Source: Acetobacterales bacterium (lineage in GTDB: Bacteria > Pseudomonadota > Alphaproteobacteria > Acetobacterales > Acetobacteraceae). Taken from it: a stretch of 40,978 nucleotides of DNA. The notes below the pieces were generated by a model that worked only from the letters and a program-made list of their open reading frames with translations, ran no database searches and was not told the DNA's origin. Shown piece after piece: positions 1 to 10,282 of the stretch. Each line of letters starts with the position of its first letter. Position 1 is the stretch's first letter. The translations under genes and the position numbers were made by a program. The stretch covers positions 1-40,978 of the forward strand of contig JBBSCP010000001.1 in the NCBI GenBank assembly GCA_038250135.1, written 5' to 3'.

Positions 1-1823
1 ACCAGAATGCCGGCGCGCGAGGCCTCACCCAACTCCTCCAGCCCATCGCCGTCGCGATCCACCCAGACGCGACCGGTGAGGTCACCGAGCTCCACGAGGC
101 CCGCATCGACGGCGCTGTCGTTCTCACCCGAACTGAGGGTGATGATGCCGGTGATGCCGGTGGTACGATCCGGATCGCTGTCCGACCCGTCCGGGCCGAG
201 ATCCTGCTTCGAGAAGGCTTTGTCGGCGGGCGCCACGAACTGAACGCGATAGTCGCCCGGCGCCAGAGCGCCAAAGCCATAGAGGCCAGCGCCATCCGTG
301 ACGTCGGTGCCGATCACCGTCAGCCCATCGCGCGAGAGCAGCCTTACCGTGACGCCGCCCACGCCGACTTCGCCGATGTCGAACCGGCCGTCATTGTCGG
401 CATCGAGGAATACGCGATCGCCGAGCGAGGCCGGGCGGTAGAGTCCCGCATCGATGCTCGTCTCATTCTGGCCGCTGACGATCTGGTAGGAGCCGGTCCA
501 TCCCAGTGGCGCAGGCGAGGGGATGAAATCGCTGTCCTTGGTGTCATCGAACCCCTGGTTCGGCAAGGTCGGCTGGTATACCGGATCGTTGATGAGCAGG
601 CTGTAGGAGCCCGGACGGACACCGGTGAACTGATAGAAGCCATCGGCATCCGTGACCGTGCTGGTCACGCCCGTACCACCCGAATGCAGTTGCACCGTCA
701 CGCCAGCGATGCCGAGCTCGCCATTATCCTGGATGCCGTTGCCGTTGACGTCTTCCCACACGAAGTCGCCGATGGTCGCCGGGATGTAGACGCCCGCATC
801 GAGTGTGCGGTCGTCATCGCCGCTCGCCAGCGTCACGCTGGCGGTACGCCCGCTGATCAAATCGGCGTCGCTGTCGGCGCCGTCATCAAGGCCGGCATTT
901 TGCACCGTGAAGGGCGTCGCCGCGTCCGGCACGAAGCGCACGGAATAGGCACCGGGTGCCAGCGTGTCGAACAGGTAATTGCCGCTGGCATCGGTGAAGG
1001 TCGTGCGGCCCGTCGCGTTGCCCAGGCTGTCGAGCAGTTGAACCAGACGGCCGGAGATGCCGCCCTCGCCAGGGCCGCCTTGCCGGCCATCGCCGTTCAC
1101 ATCCGCGAACAAGGTGCCACCGAGCTTGGCGCCGCGATAAAAGCCTGCATCGACACCCGGCTCGTTCTCGCCGCTGTCCAGATTGAAGGTATCGCTGAGG
1201 CCGACTGCGTTGACATCGCTGTCCGTCGCCTCGTTCGCATTGGCGCCGGCATTGCGCGTGGTGGCGATATAGCCAGCCGGCGCGACACTGACCGAATAAT
1301 CACCCGGCGTGAGGCCCGAGAACTCGTAGAAGCCATCCGCGCCGGTGATGGTCGTCGTCACCTCAGTGCCGAGGCCATCGAGCAGCCGGACTGTGACGCC
1401 GACGAGGCCCGTCACGCCATCATTCTGCAGGCCGTCGCCATTCGTGTCCTCCCAAACCCGATCGCCGAGGCGACCGAGCTGGTAGAAGCCGGCATCGACG
1501 TTGCGGACGTTGTCGCCGCTGGCGACCGTGTAGATTCCGGTGATGCCATTGCCCTGGTCGGCGTCGCTGTCAGTGGTGTCGGCGCCGATGTTGCTCAGCG
1601 TGCGCTCATTGCCGCCCACTTCGTCGAAGCGCGCGCGATAGCTGCCTGGGATCAGATCGTCGAACAGGTAGCTGCCATCGGCGGCGGTCACCGCGGTGAA
1701 ACCCGTTGGCAAGCCATCGGCGCCAAGCAGCGTGACGGGAATGCCCGCCAGGACCGTGTCGCCCGCGCCGCGCACACCATCGCCATCGACGTCGCGGAAG
1801 GCGATGCCGCCGAGCGAGGCGCG
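1..1823 (-). repeat. Six tandem SdrD-B-like domain repeats (~350 bp each; the last is cut by the window edge)
   Basis: Repeat starts SLGGIAFRDVDGDG, RLGDRVWEDTNGDG, KLGGTLFADVNGDG, TIGDFVWEDVNGNG, SLGDRVFLDADNDG and DLTGRVWVDRDGDG; complete copies end in DSD...DAG(F/L/V). Confidence 0.85.
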
Positions 1824-4800
1824 CACCACCGTCACCGCCTCGTTTTCCGTCACGGTCGTCGGCGAGGAGCCGGGCGTCACGCCGTAGGGGTTGACGGCGG
1901 CCGAGGCGTCCACCGCGCCGACATTGGTCAGCACCGTACCGGCCGCGTTGCCGGCCACATCTGCCACCTTCGCCACCACGCGGAACACCACCTGGTCGGC
2001 GGCGTTGCTGACGTTGTTGAAGGGGTTGTTGATGTCGCCAAGGTTGAAGGAGAGCGTGCGCGTGCCGGCATTGTAGACGCCATCGGCACCGATGCTGAGC
2101 GCCGAGCCGGCGATGCCACCAAGCGAGACCAGCTCGCTATCCACGAAATCGAGGCCGGTGGGCAGCACATCGCGCAGCACGACGCGCTGCGCACCTTCGC
2201 CGAGCGTCGCCGTAACCAGGAAGGTCACTTCCTCGCCGATGCCGACCGCGTTGCCGATGGTGCCGAGCAGCGAGGTGCTCTCCAGCGTCTTCACCACCGT
2301 GTTGACGATGGCGGTGGTGATCGCCGCCGGGTCGCTTTCCGTCACGCTCACGCCGAGCACGGGGGCGGAGCTGTAGGTGACCTGCGCGGTATTGGTGATG
2401 CTTTGGCCATCGACGATGTTGGCGTTGAGGCGCGCCTGGTAGGTGATCGCAACCGGCGCCGAACCCAGCAGGTACTGGCTCAGCGTATAGCCGACATTCC
2501 CGCCACTCTCGGTGACGGTGCCGACCGAGGCCGTGGCCGAACCCGCCACCAGCGTGACGCCGGGCGGCAGGATGTCGGACAGGTTCACGAGATAGGCAGG
2601 CGAGGTGCTGCCCGCCGCGTGGCTGAGTGTGACGGTGTAGGTGACGAGATTGCCTGCATCACCCGCATTGCCGGGCGATGCATCCTTCACGATCACCAGA
2701 TCCGGCCGCACCACGTCGATCTTCGCATCGTCGGTGACTGAGGCGAGGCCCGGCTTGCCGCCGCCCGGCGAGTAGGTCTCGGCCTTCGCGGTGTTGGTCA
2801 GCGTTGCGCCAGCCGACGCCGTGGTGCCGACGCGGGCACTGACGAGGATGGTCACGGTGTCGCCGGAATCGCGGTCATTGTCGCCGGCATTGACGATGGT
2901 GCCGAAGTCAAAGCTGTAGGCACCGCCGACAACCGACGTCGCGGCGGAACCCACGCCGAGCGCGGAGCCGGTAATGGTCGCACCGATGCTCTCGACACTG
3001 GCGCTCTCGAAAATCAAGCCAGTCGGCAGGCTGTCCGACACCACGAGACGCTGCGTGCCCTCACCGACCGTCACGGTCAGGCGGTAGGTCACTGTCTCGC
3101 CAGGGGCGGCATCGGGGCTGGCACTATTGACGAAGTTGCCCGCAGTGTTCGTATCACCTGTTGCGATCACCGATTTGTCGATGGTCGGCGCCAGCGCCAC
3201 GGTGCGCGTCTCGGTATCTTGCGTATTGTAGGAACGGCTGGCGAGATCCTCGGCCGCGGTCGGGTTCAGCGGATCTACCGGATCGGCCGAGTTGGTGTCG
3301 TAGGTCAGCCGCGCCGTGTTCGAAAGAACCTGCGCTGGCGTGACGCTATCGAGCAGCCGCGCCTGGTAGGTGATGGTAATGGTCGCCGCACCGAGCAGAT
3401 ACTGGCCGGTGCTCCAGGCGATGGCGTTGCCACTGCTGGAGACGCTACCCGCGCTGGCTGTCACCGTGCCAGCCACCAGTTCCATGCCGGCCGGAATGAG
3501 GTCGGACAGCGCCAGGTCATAGGCCGGCGCGTCGGAGCCGGCCCGGTGCTGGATGGTGATGGCGTAGTTCACCAGTGCGCCGGCATCGAGCGCCTGACCA
3601 CCAACAATGGAGGAGGATTTGTCGATCGCGAGATCCGGCTCCACCACATCGATCTCGACCGCGGCAGAGCCATTCGTAGCCGGGCTGCCGCCCGCGGTGA
3701 AACTGCCGGTGTTGCTCAGGCGATCGGCGTCGTTGTTCTGCGCAAGGTCGTTCACCACCGCCTTGATGCGGAGCGTGATGACCTCCTCATCATTCGTCGC
3801 ATTGACCACCGTGTTGCGGACATCGCCGAAGTCCAGCACGAACTGGTCGTTGCCCGCGGTGCTGCCGGGCGCTGAAGCGGTGAGCGTCGGCACTGGTACC
3901 ACCCCGCCCGCGAAGGTCTTGAGGCCAGCACCGACCGAGACGACCTCCAGTGAACTCGCCACATAGGTCAGCGTGCCATTGCCGCTGGTTGTCAGGTCCT
4001 CGAGCAGATCAGTGATGCGCAGTTTGGTGCTGTCGCCCTCGGGCAGCCGGACCTTGATCTCATAGGTGATCTCCTCGCCGATGCGTACATCGACGCGGCC
4101 GGTGTCGTGGCGCGAGGATGCGGTATTGGCATCCGAGGTCGCGATGATCGTCTTGGTGATGGTCGGCTTGTCGATGGTGAGGGTATGGCCGTCAGTGTCG
4201 GTGTTGGTGCGGTCATCAGGATTGCCCGTGCCGTCCATGGAGCTGCCATCGGTGGTCGCGGTGTTGACCAGCGTCTCGCCGGCATCGGCATCGCCATCGA
4301 CGATGACGTCGAAGGTGATGGTCAACTTCTCGCCGGGGTCGAGGAAGTCGATTGTGTAGTCAACCGGACCGCCATTGGTCGTGATGCGCGACGGCGCCAG
4401 CGCACCGTTGATCTTGATGACCGCCGTCGCCGGCTGGAAGGCTGCGTCCAGCAGCACGTCGGCCAGCAGGTCCTTGATGCTGACATCCCAGGCCCGGGCG
4501 GTGAAGTCGCCAGTCCCGCTGCCGGCGGCGGGCACGCCCCTGTTCTCGACGGTGATCGTGTAGTTGATGGTATCGAAGGCGTCCCCGGTCGTCCTGTTTG
4601 CCGTCTTGTCGATGTCGAGGTTCGGCGCCACCACCTCGACATCCACCGTTCGCCGGGTCTCGCTGCGGCCGCTCGATGAGTCGGGATCATCGGCGGTGAC
4701 GATGACGGTGTTGGTCAGCTTGTCGCCGCGGACGTTCAGCGCGTGGTCCTTGACCCGCGCGTCGATCTCGAGCGTCAGGGTCGCGGGCTGCGTGCCCGTG

Positions 4801-7800
4801 GTGTTCGCCGTGTTCTGCACATCGCCGAAATCGAAGCGGGCGCGGTCATTGCCGTTCACGCCGTCGCTGTCGATCAGCGAGATGACGGGCGTGGTGTCGA
4901 ACACACTGCCGCCGCCCAGGCCGGTCACGCCGATGAACCGCGCCGCCAGCATCTCCATCACGCCGCCGCCATTGGCGTTGGAGGTGGGCAGCCAGTCTTC
5001 GATACGCAGATCAGTCATCGCGCCTTCCGGCACGGTCACGGTGATGGTGTAGGTCACCGTCTCGCCGATCGTCAGGTCGGTGAGCATGTCGCTGCCGGCG
5101 AGCGTGCCGGTATGCGCCTCACTGGTAGTCTTCACCACCTTGGCGGGGGTGGGCGTCTGGGTGCGGACGAAGGCCGTATCGGTCAGGTCGCCGGCCGGCG
5201 TGAAGTCCGTGCGGTCGATGCCCTGCTCCATCGCGGCGAAATGCTCGATGGTCGCGGTGTTCACCAAGTCGGCGCCGAAGACCGCGACATTGTCCACCAG
5301 CTCAAGGTCGTAGGTGATGACGACGATGTTGTCGCCGCTGGTCGCGCTGTAGGTGCCTATGCTGCCGCTGTTCGCCGCATCGCCAAGGCGGATGCCGCCG
5401 GCGGGGTCGAAGATGCTGCTGCCCTCGATGGTGAAGAGCAGCAGATTGCCCGCGCCATCCGTAACGCGGAGATTCAGCCCGCTTGCGGGAATCTCGAAGC
5501 CGTTCGGCAAGGTGTCGCGGATGAGAACGTCGAAGGCGCCCTTCAACGCGCTGCCGGTATTCTCGACGACGATGGCGAAAGACACGCGGTCCCCTGCATC
5601 GGCGCCCAGCAGGTTGGCGTCGACCGGCGTGGCGTCGAGGTTGGTGCTGCTGATCGTGCCGGTGAAGCGGTTGCCCGCACTGCCCGGCGCGGTGAAGACC
5701 ACAGGGCCGGCGGCGCCGGTCAGGTTGGCATTCGAATTGGTGTCGGCAATCACGCCCTTGGTGATGTTCAACTCGGGCTCGCCAAGCACGAACTGCACGA
5801 TGGCGTTGTCTTCCGACATGTCGCCGAAGCTGTTGGTCTCGGTGCTGGTCACCTGGTTGGTCAGCAGCAGGCCGTCGCCGAATTCCTGATCCTGCACCAC
5901 CACGGTGAACAGCAGGTCGATGCGCGATGCCGGATTGCCCGGCGCCATCGCATCGCCGAAATCGAAGGTCAGCGAGTTGCTGAGTGCGTTGAAGCCGATG
6001 ATCGGGTTGGTGGACGGGTCGCCAGAGCTGTCGAAGGTGGCGCCAGGGCCCCACTTCGCCTGATTGGCGCCAGGCGCCGCGGCGCTGACGGCATCGGTGA
6101 AGGTCATGCCGGCGATGGCCTTGAGCACCGGCAACGGCAGGAAGTCGCTCAGCATCACGTCATGCGCGCCGGTCTGCGGCATGTCGAGCGTGAGGCGGAA
6201 GGTGATCGCATCGCCTGCCGAAACCGGGCCAGGGGTGAAGGTCGTGTTGCCGTTGATGGCGTAGATCGACTTGCCGACCTCGCTGACCGGAAGCGTCACG
6301 CTGGCGCCGCTGTTGTCGGAATTCGGCCGGTTCGTTTCGTCCACCACGCCGCCGAAGTCGACGCCGTTCACCAGCGGGTCGCCTTGGTCCACCAGCGGCT
6401 CGTTGGACGGCGCCGGGTTGTTCGAGATGTAGCTCTGCTCGATGGTGGACTGGAACGTCACCAGGACAGTCGCCTGGTTCTCAACCCCGCCCGGGCGGCC
6501 GTTCAGTACGTCATCGATGCCGCGGTCCCGCATCTCCTGCGACACGTCGAAGCGGATGGTGGAGATGCCGGTCAGCGGATCGCGCGTGATGGTGATGTTC
6601 GACTGGCTGATGGTGCCGCTGAACAGCGTCGACCCACCCTCGCGCATCGTGATGGTGACGGGCACGGAAGCGTCGAACACCTGGCCATCGCCGAGCGTAT
6701 CGATCAGTGCCAGGTCATCCATGTTGAAGTAGTTGGAGACCTGGCCGTCGAGCGTCCATTGCAGGTTCTCGCCCGCCTTGAGCGTGGTGACCACATCGAC
6801 GGATTTCTGCACTGCGATGGACTTCGCGGTGATGATGTCCTCCGCCCCGCCCGGGTCGATGGCGAAGACCTCGATCGGGTCGCGCCCATCGGTCGGGTCC
6901 CAGGTGGCGTCGAGCCGCGCATTGTTCTCCAGCACGCGGAAGGCGCCGGTGACGGGATCGAGCACCGGCGTCACGCCGTCGCGCAGGAATTCCGGCACGT
7001 AGAACTCGATCTTGAGCATCGGCTCGCCGCCCACGCCGCCGGTGTAGCTGCCGGCGAAGTTCGCCACGACCAGGCCGGTTAGGTTGTCGAAGCTGGTCGT
7101 GCCGGTGCCGTTCACGATGGAAACGATTTTGATGAAGGTGCCGTCGGGCATCACGTCGGTGAGCTTGAGGCCGGTGACCGTCTGGCCATCGGCGATCAGC
7201 GCCTTCACCAGCCATTCGCGCGCATAGGAGGGGCCGGTCGCCGTCTCCTGCTCGGGGCCGACATAGATCTTGTCGAGCTCGATGACGGTGGGCGTGATGG
7301 TAAGCGTGCTGCTCGGGCCGAACACCGGCGCGTCTGCTGTGGGGTTCAGCAGCGGATCGCGCCCATAGGCAAAGCCGCCGCTGGCCTGCACGGCAAGCGG
7401 CTTGCCGAGGTCGGCGAAGCTGGAGATGTCGAGCGTCACCAGCACATCGGCCGCGGTCTGGCCGGGGGTGAAGCTGCCGAAGGGCAAGCGCAGCACCACC
7501 AGCGTCTCGCCCGGCGTGCCCGTGACGATCAGGGGATTGCCCAGCGCATCGGTGGTGAAGGGGTGCGTGACCTGACCAGAGGCCGGGAACTCCCGCACCC
7601 ATTGCTGCAGCGCCACGCCGAGATAGGTGGCGCCGAGAAAGGCGAGGCCGTCATTCACCTCAGCGTTGCCGGCGTCAGCGCCGTCGCTGCCATTCGTCGG
7701 CAAGACGAGGCTGATGTAGGGAGAGTAGCCGACCAGGCCGCCCGGCGCGGCATCAGGGATGTTGTCGAAGCGGATCGTGATGGCGCGCTCGCCACCGATG

Positions 7801-7853
7801 GGGGCGCTCAGCGCGGCGCCGCCCAGGAAGCTCACGATCGGTTGTGCAGACAT
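1..7853 (-). CDS. Giant repetitive surface protein/adhesin (>2600 aa, 3' end outside window): ~11 DUF11/isopeptide-forming D2-type domains followed by >=6 SdrD-B-like domains
   Basis: ATG at 7853 with GGAGA upstream. Hand translation starts MSAQPIVSFLGG and the same frame is used at the left edge (GRVWVDRDGDG). No ORF-track entry has a stop in this frame. Repeated motifs include IDK..GETVTY..SDSLPTG..LTNTA and GDRVWEDTNGDG..TDADGFY.F..L.PGDY..DSD..VDAGFY. Confidence 0.92.
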   Translation of the reverse strand, partial: MSAQPIVSFLGGAALSAPIGGERAITIRFDNIPDAAPGGLVGYSPYISLVLPTNGSDGADAGNAEVNDGLAFLGATYLGVALQQWVREFPASGQVTHPFTTDALGNPLIVTGTPGETLVVLRLPFGSFTPGQTAADVLVTLDISSFADLGKPLAVQASGGFAYGRDPLLNPTADAPVFGPSSTLTITPTVIELDKIYVGPEQETATGPSYAREWLVKALIADGQTVTGLKLTDVMPDGTFIKIVSIVNGTGTTSFDNLTGLVVANFAGSYTGGVGGEPMLKIEFYVPEFLRDGVTPVLDPVTGAFRVLENNARLDATWDPTDGRDPIEVFAIDPGGAEDIITAKSIAVQKSVDVVTTLKAGENLQWTLDGQVSNYFNMDDLALIDTLGDGQVFDASVPVTITMREGGSTLFSGTISQSNITITRDPLTGISTIRFDVSQEMRDRGIDDVLNGRPGGVENQATVLVTFQSTIEQSYISNNPAPSNEPLVDQGDPLVNGVDFGGVVDETNRPNSDNSGASVTLPVSEVGKSIYAINGNTTFTPGPVSAGDAITFRLTLDMPQTGAHDVMLSDFLPLPVLKAIAGMTFTDAVSAAAPGANQAKWGPGATFDSSGDPSTNPIIGFNALSNSLTFDFGDAMAPGNPASRIDLLFTVVVQDQEFGDGLLLTNQVTSTETNSFGDMSEDNAIVQFVLGEPELNITKGVIADTNSNANLTGAAGPVVFTAPGSAGNRFTGTISSTNLDATPVDANLLGADAGDRVSFAIVVENTGSALKGAFDVLIRDTLPNGFEIPASGLNLRVTDGAGNLLLFTIEGSSIFDPAGGIRLGDAANSGSIGTYSATSGDNIVVITYDLELVDNVAVFGADLVNTATIEHFAAMEQGIDRTDFTPAGDLTDTAFVRTQTPTPAKVVKTTSEAHTGTLAGSDMLTDLTIGETVTYTITVTVPEGAMTDLRIEDWLPTSNANGGGVMEMLAARFIGVTGLGGGSVFDTTPVISLIDSDGVNGNDRARFDFGDVQNTANTTGTQPATLTLEIDARVKDHALNVRGDKLTNTVIVTADDPDSSSGRSETRRTVDVEVVAPNLDIDKTANRTTGDAFDTINYTITVENRGVPAAGSGTGDFTARAWDVSIKDLLADVLLDAAFQPATAVIKINGALAPSRITTNGGPVDYTIDFLDPGEKLTITFDVIVDGDADAGETLVNTATTDGSSMDGTGNPDDRTNTDTDGHTLTIDKPTITKTIIATSDANTASSRHDTGRVDVRIGEEITYEIKVRLPEGDSTKLRITDLLEDLTTSGNGTLTYVASSLEVVSVGAGLKTFAGGVVPVPTLTASAPGSTAGNDQFVLDFGDVRNTVVNATNDEEVITLRIKAVVNDLAQNNDADRLSNTGSFTAGGSPATNGSAAVEIDVVEPDLAIDKSSSIVGGQALDAGALVNYAITIQHRAGSDAPAYDLALSDLIPAGMELVAGTVTASAGSVSSSGNAIAWSTGQYLLGAATITITYQARLLDSVTPAQVLSNTARLTYDTNSADPVDPLNPTAAEDLASRSYNTQDTETRTVALAPTIDKSVIATGDTNTAGNFVNSASPDAAPGETVTYRLTVTVGEGTQRLVVSDSLPTGLIFESASVESIGATITGSALGVGSAATSVVGGAYSFDFGTIVNAGDNDRDSGDTVTILVSARVGTTASAGATLTNTAKAETYSPGGGKPGLASVTDDAKIDVVRPDLVIVKDASPGNAGDAGNLVTYTVTLSHAAGSTSPAYLVNLSDILPPGVTLVAGSATASVGTVTESGGNVGYTLSQYLLGSAPVAITYQARLNANIVDGQSITNTAQVTYSSAPVLGVSVTESDPAAITTAIVNTVVKTLESTSLLGTIGNAVGIGEEVTFLVTATLGEGAQRVVLRDVLPTGLDFVDSELVSLGGIAGSALSIGADGVYNAGTRTLSFNLGDINNPFNNVSNAADQVVFRVVAKVADVAGNAAGTVLTNVGAVDASAAVNPYGVTPGSSPTTVTENEAVTVVRASLGGIAFRDVDGDGVRGAGDTVLAGIPVTLLGADGLPTGFTAVTAADGSYLFDDLIPGSYRARFDEVGGNERTLSNIGADTTDSDADQGNGITGIYTVASGDNVRNVDAGFYQLGRLGDRVWEDTNGDGLQNDGVTGLVGVTVRLLDGLGTEVTTTITGADGFYEFSGLTPGDYSVSVAPAGYIATTRNAGANANEATDSDVNAVGLSDTFNLDSGENEPGVDAGFYRGAKLGGTLFADVNGDGRQGGPGEGGISGRLVQLLDSLGNATGRTTFTDASGNYLFDTLAPGAYSVRFVPDAATPFTVQNAGLDDGADSDADLISGRTASVTLASGDDDRTLDAGVYIPATIGDFVWEDVNGNGIQDNGELGIAGVTVQLHSGGTGVTSTVTDADGFYQFTGVRPGSYSLLINDPVYQPTLPNQGFDDTKDSDFIPSPAPLGWTGSYQIVSGQNETSIDAGLYRPASLGDRVFLDADNDGRFDIGEVGVGGVTVRLLSRDGLTVIGTDVTDGAGLYGFGALAPGDYRVQFVAPADKAFSKQDLGPDGSDSDPDRTTGITGIITLSSGENDSAVDAGLVELGDLTGRVWVDRDGDGLEELGEASRAGIL

Positions 7854-8002
7854 TATTTTGACGTCTCCAACGGGCGGCAGGGGGGCCCCGCTCAACTCTC
7901 GTTTACGTGATCCGGAGTGGAAGGCAAGCCTTTATGCCTTTCTTTGTAAATTATCTTATTTTCAGGACTTTTTTGCAGAAACGGTTCCACTCCGACCCTG
8001 AA

Positions 8003-8031
8003 CTGCAAGATTTTCGTCATACTGCCGTCGC
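8003..8031 (+). promoter_or_regulatory. Putative Pho box (PhoB site) upstream of the AEP-type ABC transporter
   Basis: 11-bp-periodic CTGCAAG-ATTT-TCGTCAT-ACTG-CCGTCGC resembles the CTGTCAT-N4 direct repeat and lies 75 bp before a phosphonate-binding protein gene. Confidence 0.5.
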
Positions 8032-8106
8032 CGAACTCGGGCATTCGTCAGCGACCGCGTTCACCTCGCCGGGCGACGGGCAACGTATTCGAGAAAGGCT
8101 TCCAAG

Positions 8107-9135
8107 ATGGATCGACGCGGCCTGGTGGCCCTCTGCCTCTCCTTGCCCCTGCTATTCGGCGCCCCGCCCGCCGAGGCACAGCCGCGGACGCGCCTTATCG
8201 TCTATACCGCCGTCGAGAACGAGCAGCTCGCCCCCTTCAAGCAGGCCGCCGAGACCGCATTGCGCGATATCGAGATCGCCTGGGTGCGCGACAGCACCGG
8301 CGTCATCACCGCGCGCCTGATCGCCGAGCGCCAGAACCCGCGCGCCGACGTCGTCTGGGGGCTTTCGGTGTTCTCCATCCTGCAGATGGAAGCCCTCGAC
8401 ATGCTCGAGCCCTATACCCCGCGCGGCGCCGAGGCGCTGCGCGCCAACATGCGCAGCCCGCGCAACCCAATGACCTGGACCGGCATGGACGCCTTCGTCT
8501 CGGCCATCTGCTTCAACACCATCGTCGCGCAGCAGCGCAACCTGCCGCGCCCGAGCACCTGGAACGACCTGCTCGACCCGCGCTTTCGGGGCCAGGTGGT
8601 GATGCCGAACCCGAATTCCTCGGGCACGGGCTTCCTGACCATCGCCGGCTGGATGGGCAGCCGGGGCGAGGCTGGCGCCTGGGACTTCATGACGCGCCTG
8701 CACGAGAACATCCAGCAATACACCCACTCTGGCAGCGCGCCCTGCAACAACGCCGCGCGCGGCGAATTCGCTGTCGGCCTGTCTTTCGACATGCGCTCCG
8801 TTACGCTGAAGAACCAGGGCGCACCGATCGACATCATCGTCCCGACCGATGGCGTCGGCTTCGACCTCGAGGCCACGGCGATCATGCGCGGCACGCGTAA
8901 TGCCGAGGCGGCCCGCCGCCTGGCCGATTTCACGGTCTCTCGCACGGCGGCCGAACTCTATGGGCGCTTCTACGCCATGCTCGCCCTGCCCGGCGTCGAA
9001 CCCACGGTGCGCGGCTACCCGGCCGAATTCGCCGAGCGCCTCGTCAGCGCCGACTTCGCCGAGATCGCCTCGCAGCGTGAGCGTATCCTGCGCGAATGGG
9101 CGGCCCGCTTCGATGGCAAGTCGGCCCCTCGCTGA
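8107..9135 (+). CDS. phnS2: Putative 2-aminoethylphosphonate ABC transporter substrate-binding protein
   Basis: Signal peptide; motifs WVRDSTGVITARLIAERQNPRADVVWGL, MPNPNSSGTGF and YTHSGSAPC typical of the PhnS2 family. Confidence 0.85.
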   Translation: MDRRGLVALCLSLPLLFGAPPAEAQPRTRLIVYTAVENEQLAPFKQAAETALRDIEIAWVRDSTGVITARLIAERQNPRADVVWGLSVFSILQMEALDMLEPYTPRGAEALRANMRSPRNPMTWTGMDAFVSAICFNTIVAQQRNLPRPSTWNDLLDPRFRGQVVMPNPNSSGTGFLTIAGWMGSRGEAGAWDFMTRLHENIQQYTHSGSAPCNNAARGEFAVGLSFDMRSVTLKNQGAPIDIIVPTDGVGFDLEATAIMRGTRNAEAARRLADFTVSRTAAELYGRFYAMLALPGVEPTVRGYPAEFAERLVSADFAEIASQRERILREWAARFDGKSAPR

Positions 9136-9157
9136 GCGCCACGACCGGAGCAATCGC

Positions 9158-10274
<1,117 letters not shown>

Positions 10275-10282
<8 letters not shown>

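Noticed and set aside
684-7082. Long plus-strand ORFs (684..2741, 3219..3875, 4743..7082 and others)
   Set aside because: Antisense shadows of the giant minus-strand gene; no recognisable motifs, and long stop-free antisense frames are expected at this GC content.
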